Origin: Campylobacterota bacterium
Lineage (GTDB): Bacteria > Campylobacterota > Campylobacteria > Campylobacterales > Arcobacteraceae
DNA: 64,000 nt
NCBI GenBank assembly: GCA_051746405.1
Contig: JBNJFB010000003.1
Span: 1 to 64,000, forward strand
Reading direction: 5' to 3'
Shown: positions 61,816-64,000 of the stretch, one piece after another
How positions within the stretch are numbered: position 1 is the stretch's first letter
Layout: every line of letters begins with the position of its first letter
Made by a program: the position numbers and the translations under genes
Notes under the pieces: model-generated
Database searches by the model: none
Seen by the model: only the letters and a program-made list of their open reading frames with translations
Told to the model about the DNA's origin: nothing

Positions 61816-63168
61816 TTGACAACTCTAAAAAAGGCACTATCTCTAGGTAGTGATGAGATACAAAAATTAAGAGATGAATTAGAATCAAAAATAAAAGATA
61901 ATAATATTGGTGCTTATATTGAACAATTAACTTCAAATGAGATATCGCAAAGTGGTTTTGGTATTCCTATTGCTATAAAAGATAATATAAATGTTAAAGA
62001 TTGGGAAATTACTTGCTCAAGTAATATTTTAAAAGGCTATAAATCACCATACAATGCAACTGTAATTGAAAATTTAAAGAAAGCTGGCTTAACTCCTTTT
62101 GGTAGAACAAACATGGATGAGTTTGCTATGGGTAGCTCTACTGAGTCTTCATGTTATGGAAAAACTTTAAATCCAAAAGATAATACAAAAGTTCCAGGTG
62201 GAAGTTCAGGTGGAAGTGCTGCTGCTGTTGCAGATGGTATTGCAATTGCTGCATTAGGTACAGATACAGGTGGTAGTATTAGGCAGCCAGCTGCTTATTG
62301 TGGAGTTGTTGGAATGAAACCCACATATGGTAGAGTTTCAAGATATGGTGTTACTGCATACTCATCTTCTCTTGACCAGGTTGGACCTATTACTCAAAAT
62401 GTAGAAGATGCAGCAATTTTATATGATATTATTTCAGGACATGACCCTATGGATTCAACTTCTGCTAAAGTTGATTATGAGCCAGTTGCATCAAAACTTG
62501 ATTCAAATAGAAAGCTAAAAATAGCAGTTGTTGATAGTTTTGTTAATCAAGCAAGCCCTGCAATAAAACTAGCTTATGAAAAAGCTATAGAAGCTTTAGA
62601 AAATCAAGGCCATGAGATAGTTCATAAAAATATGTTAGATACAAATAAAATTTTATCATCATACTATATAGTTGCAACGGCTGAAGCATCTGCTAATCTT
62701 TCTAGGTTTGATGGAGTTAGATATGGTAATAGAAAAGGTGATGCAGGTTTAAAACAGATGTACACTAAAACTAAAACTGAAGGTTTTGGTCCTGAAGTTC
62801 AAAAAAGAATAATGCTTGGAAGTTTTGTTTTAAGTTCAGGGTATTATGATGCATACTATATAAAAGCTCAAAAAGTTAGACATTTAATAAAAGATGAGTA
62901 TGAGTCAATTTTTAATGATGCTGATTTAATTTTATCTCCAGTGGCTCCAACAGTTGCACCTGAATTTGGAAGTTTTAAAACTTCACTTGAAATGTATTTA
63001 AGTGATATATACACTATCTCTGTAAATCTAGCTGGGCTTCCTGCTATATCAATTCCTGTTGATAAAGATGAAAATGGCATGCCAGTTGGGTTACAGTTAA
63101 TAGGAAAAGCGTATGATGAGCAAACTGTGTTTGATGGTGCTTTATCTTTAGAAAAAGCAGTACAATAA
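61816..63168 (+). CDS. gatA: Asp/Glu-tRNA amidotransferase subunit A
   Basis: IKDNI, NMDEFAMGSS, GGSSGGS, TGGSIRQPA; AGGAG RBS and TATAAT at 61771 support a TTG 61816 start. Confidence 0.96.
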   Translation: MTTLKKALSLGSDEIQKLRDELESKIKDNNIGAYIEQLTSNEISQSGFGIPIAIKDNINVKDWEITCSSNILKGYKSPYNATVIENLKKAGLTPFGRTNMDEFAMGSSTESSCYGKTLNPKDNTKVPGGSSGGSAAAVADGIAIAALGTDTGGSIRQPAAYCGVVGMKPTYGRVSRYGVTAYSSSLDQVGPITQNVEDAAILYDIISGHDPMDSTSAKVDYEPVASKLDSNRKLKIAVVDSFVNQASPAIKLAYEKAIEALENQGHEIVHKNMLDTNKILSSYYIVATAEASANLSRFDGVRYGNRKGDAGLKQMYTKTKTEGFGPEVQKRIMLGSFVLSSGYYDAYYIKAQKVRHLIKDEYESIFNDADLILSPVAPTVAPEFGSFKTSLEMYLSDIYTISVNLAGLPAISIPVDKDENGMPVGLQLIGKAYDEQTVFDGALSLEKAVQ

Positions 63169-63199
63169 ATATAGAAAAATAGATATAGGATTTACAATT

Positions 63200-64000
63200 A
63201 TGAGAATTAGAAAAAAAGCATTAACATTTGAAGATGTGTTATTAGTACCTCAAAAGTCTGAAATACTACCAAAAGAAGTAGATATTAAAACAAAATTAAC
63301 AAAAAATATTTCACTTAATATTCCATTTGTATCTGCTGCAATGGATACAGTAACTGAATATCAAGCTGCTATTGCTATGGCAAGACTTGGGGGAATTGGT
63401 ATAGTTCATAAAAATATGGATATCGAATCACAAGTTTTACAGTGTAAAAAAGTTAAAAAATCTGAGTCAGGAATGATTATTGACCCTGTTACAATTGGTC
63501 CAGATCAAACATTACAAGATGCAGAAGATATAATGGCATCTTATAAAATTTCAGGTGTTCCTGTTGTTGATGAAAATAAAAAGCTATTAGGTATTTTAAC
63601 TAATAGAGATATGAGATTTACAAAAGATTTTACATTAATTGCAAAAGAAAAAATGACTATAATGCCTTTAGTAACTGCTAAAGAAGGAACTACTTTAGAT
63701 GAAGCTGCTGATATTATGCATGCAAATAAGATTGAAAAGCTACCAATTGTAAATGCAGATGATAAACTAATAGGTCTTATTACAATTAAAGATATCAACA
63801 AAAAAAGAGAGTATCCAAATGCAAATAAAGATGAGTTTGGAAGATTAAGAGTTGGTGCTGCTATTGGAGTTGGACAAATGGATAGAGCAAAAGCTTTATG
63901 TGATATTGGTGTTGATGTATTAGTTTTAGACTCAGCACATGGTCACTCAAGAGGTATCTTAGAGACTGTTAAGCAAATAAAAAGCGAGCTTAATATAGAT
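63200..64000 (+). CDS. guaB: IMP dehydrogenase, runs off the right edge
   Basis: ALTFEDVLLVP, SAAMDTVTE, CBS pair, GRLRVGAAIG, DSAHGHS; absent from the ORF track because no stop lies in the window. Confidence 0.96.
   Translation, partial: MRIRKKALTFEDVLLVPQKSEILPKEVDIKTKLTKNISLNIPFVSAAMDTVTEYQAAIAMARLGGIGIVHKNMDIESQVLQCKKVKKSESGMIIDPVTIGPDQTLQDAEDIMASYKISGVPVVDENKKLLGILTNRDMRFTKDFTLIAKEKMTIMPLVTAKEGTTLDEAADIMHANKIEKLPIVNADDKLIGLITIKDINKKREYPNANKDEFGRLRVGAAIGVGQMDRAKALCDIGVDVLVLDSAHGHSRGILETVKQIKSELNID

Noticed and set aside
2285..63801. Short antisense or overlapping ORFs in the track (e.g. 2285-2554, 8378-8689, 22592-22945, 31558-32112, 37231-37473, 54070-54366, 63541-63801)
   Set aside because: Shadow frames of well-supported genes, with no motif support.

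Overview
Very AT-rich chromosomal window from a Campylobacterota bacterium, most like Arcobacteraceae (inferred from gene content, synteny and promoter style). (1) 1-23.9 kb is a hydrogen-metabolism cluster: the 3' part of a group 2 (2d-like) [NiFe] large subunit, two tandem membrane-bound group 1b hydrogenases (hydABCDE and hydABCD), hypF, an inserted block (hypothetical, NSS transporter, DUF3817, 25-aa peptide, GGDEF protein, hypothetical, MCP) and hypBCDEA. A shared palindromic motif ATGAAYA-NN-YRTTCAW lies in the hydA1, hydA2 and hypB promoters. (2) 24-32.3 kb holds a diguanylate cyclase, a TerB-like gene with an internal TAG, ZapB/ZapA-like genes, a prepilin, priA, dapD and an ABC-F ATPase. 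(3) 32.3-37.9 kb is an accessory, translationally coupled operon that reads as a decayed Wadjet/MksBEFG-type SMC system: jetA-like, jetB/mksE-like, three cargo genes (Fic, helical hypothetical, frameshifted Schlafen/AlbA_2-RecG_C) and a deletion scar fusing the first 34 codons of the jetC ATPase to the last ~54 codons of jetD. The Fic and Schlafen genes end in the same '12-bp tandem repeat + wHTH + built-in RBS' module. (4) 37.9-64 kb is mostly housekeeping (FkbM methyltransferase, DUF234, envC-ftsX-ftsE-trmB-flpA-rluD, rodA, speB, metF-like, tonB, hemL, rpoD, leuD, leuB, rpmJ-rpsM-rpsK-rpsD-rpoA-rplQ with a structured ~210-nt leader, gatA, 5' part of guaB). No rRNA, tRNA, CRISPR array, integrase or transposase was seen. 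All family calls come from motif recognition by eye, not database searches.
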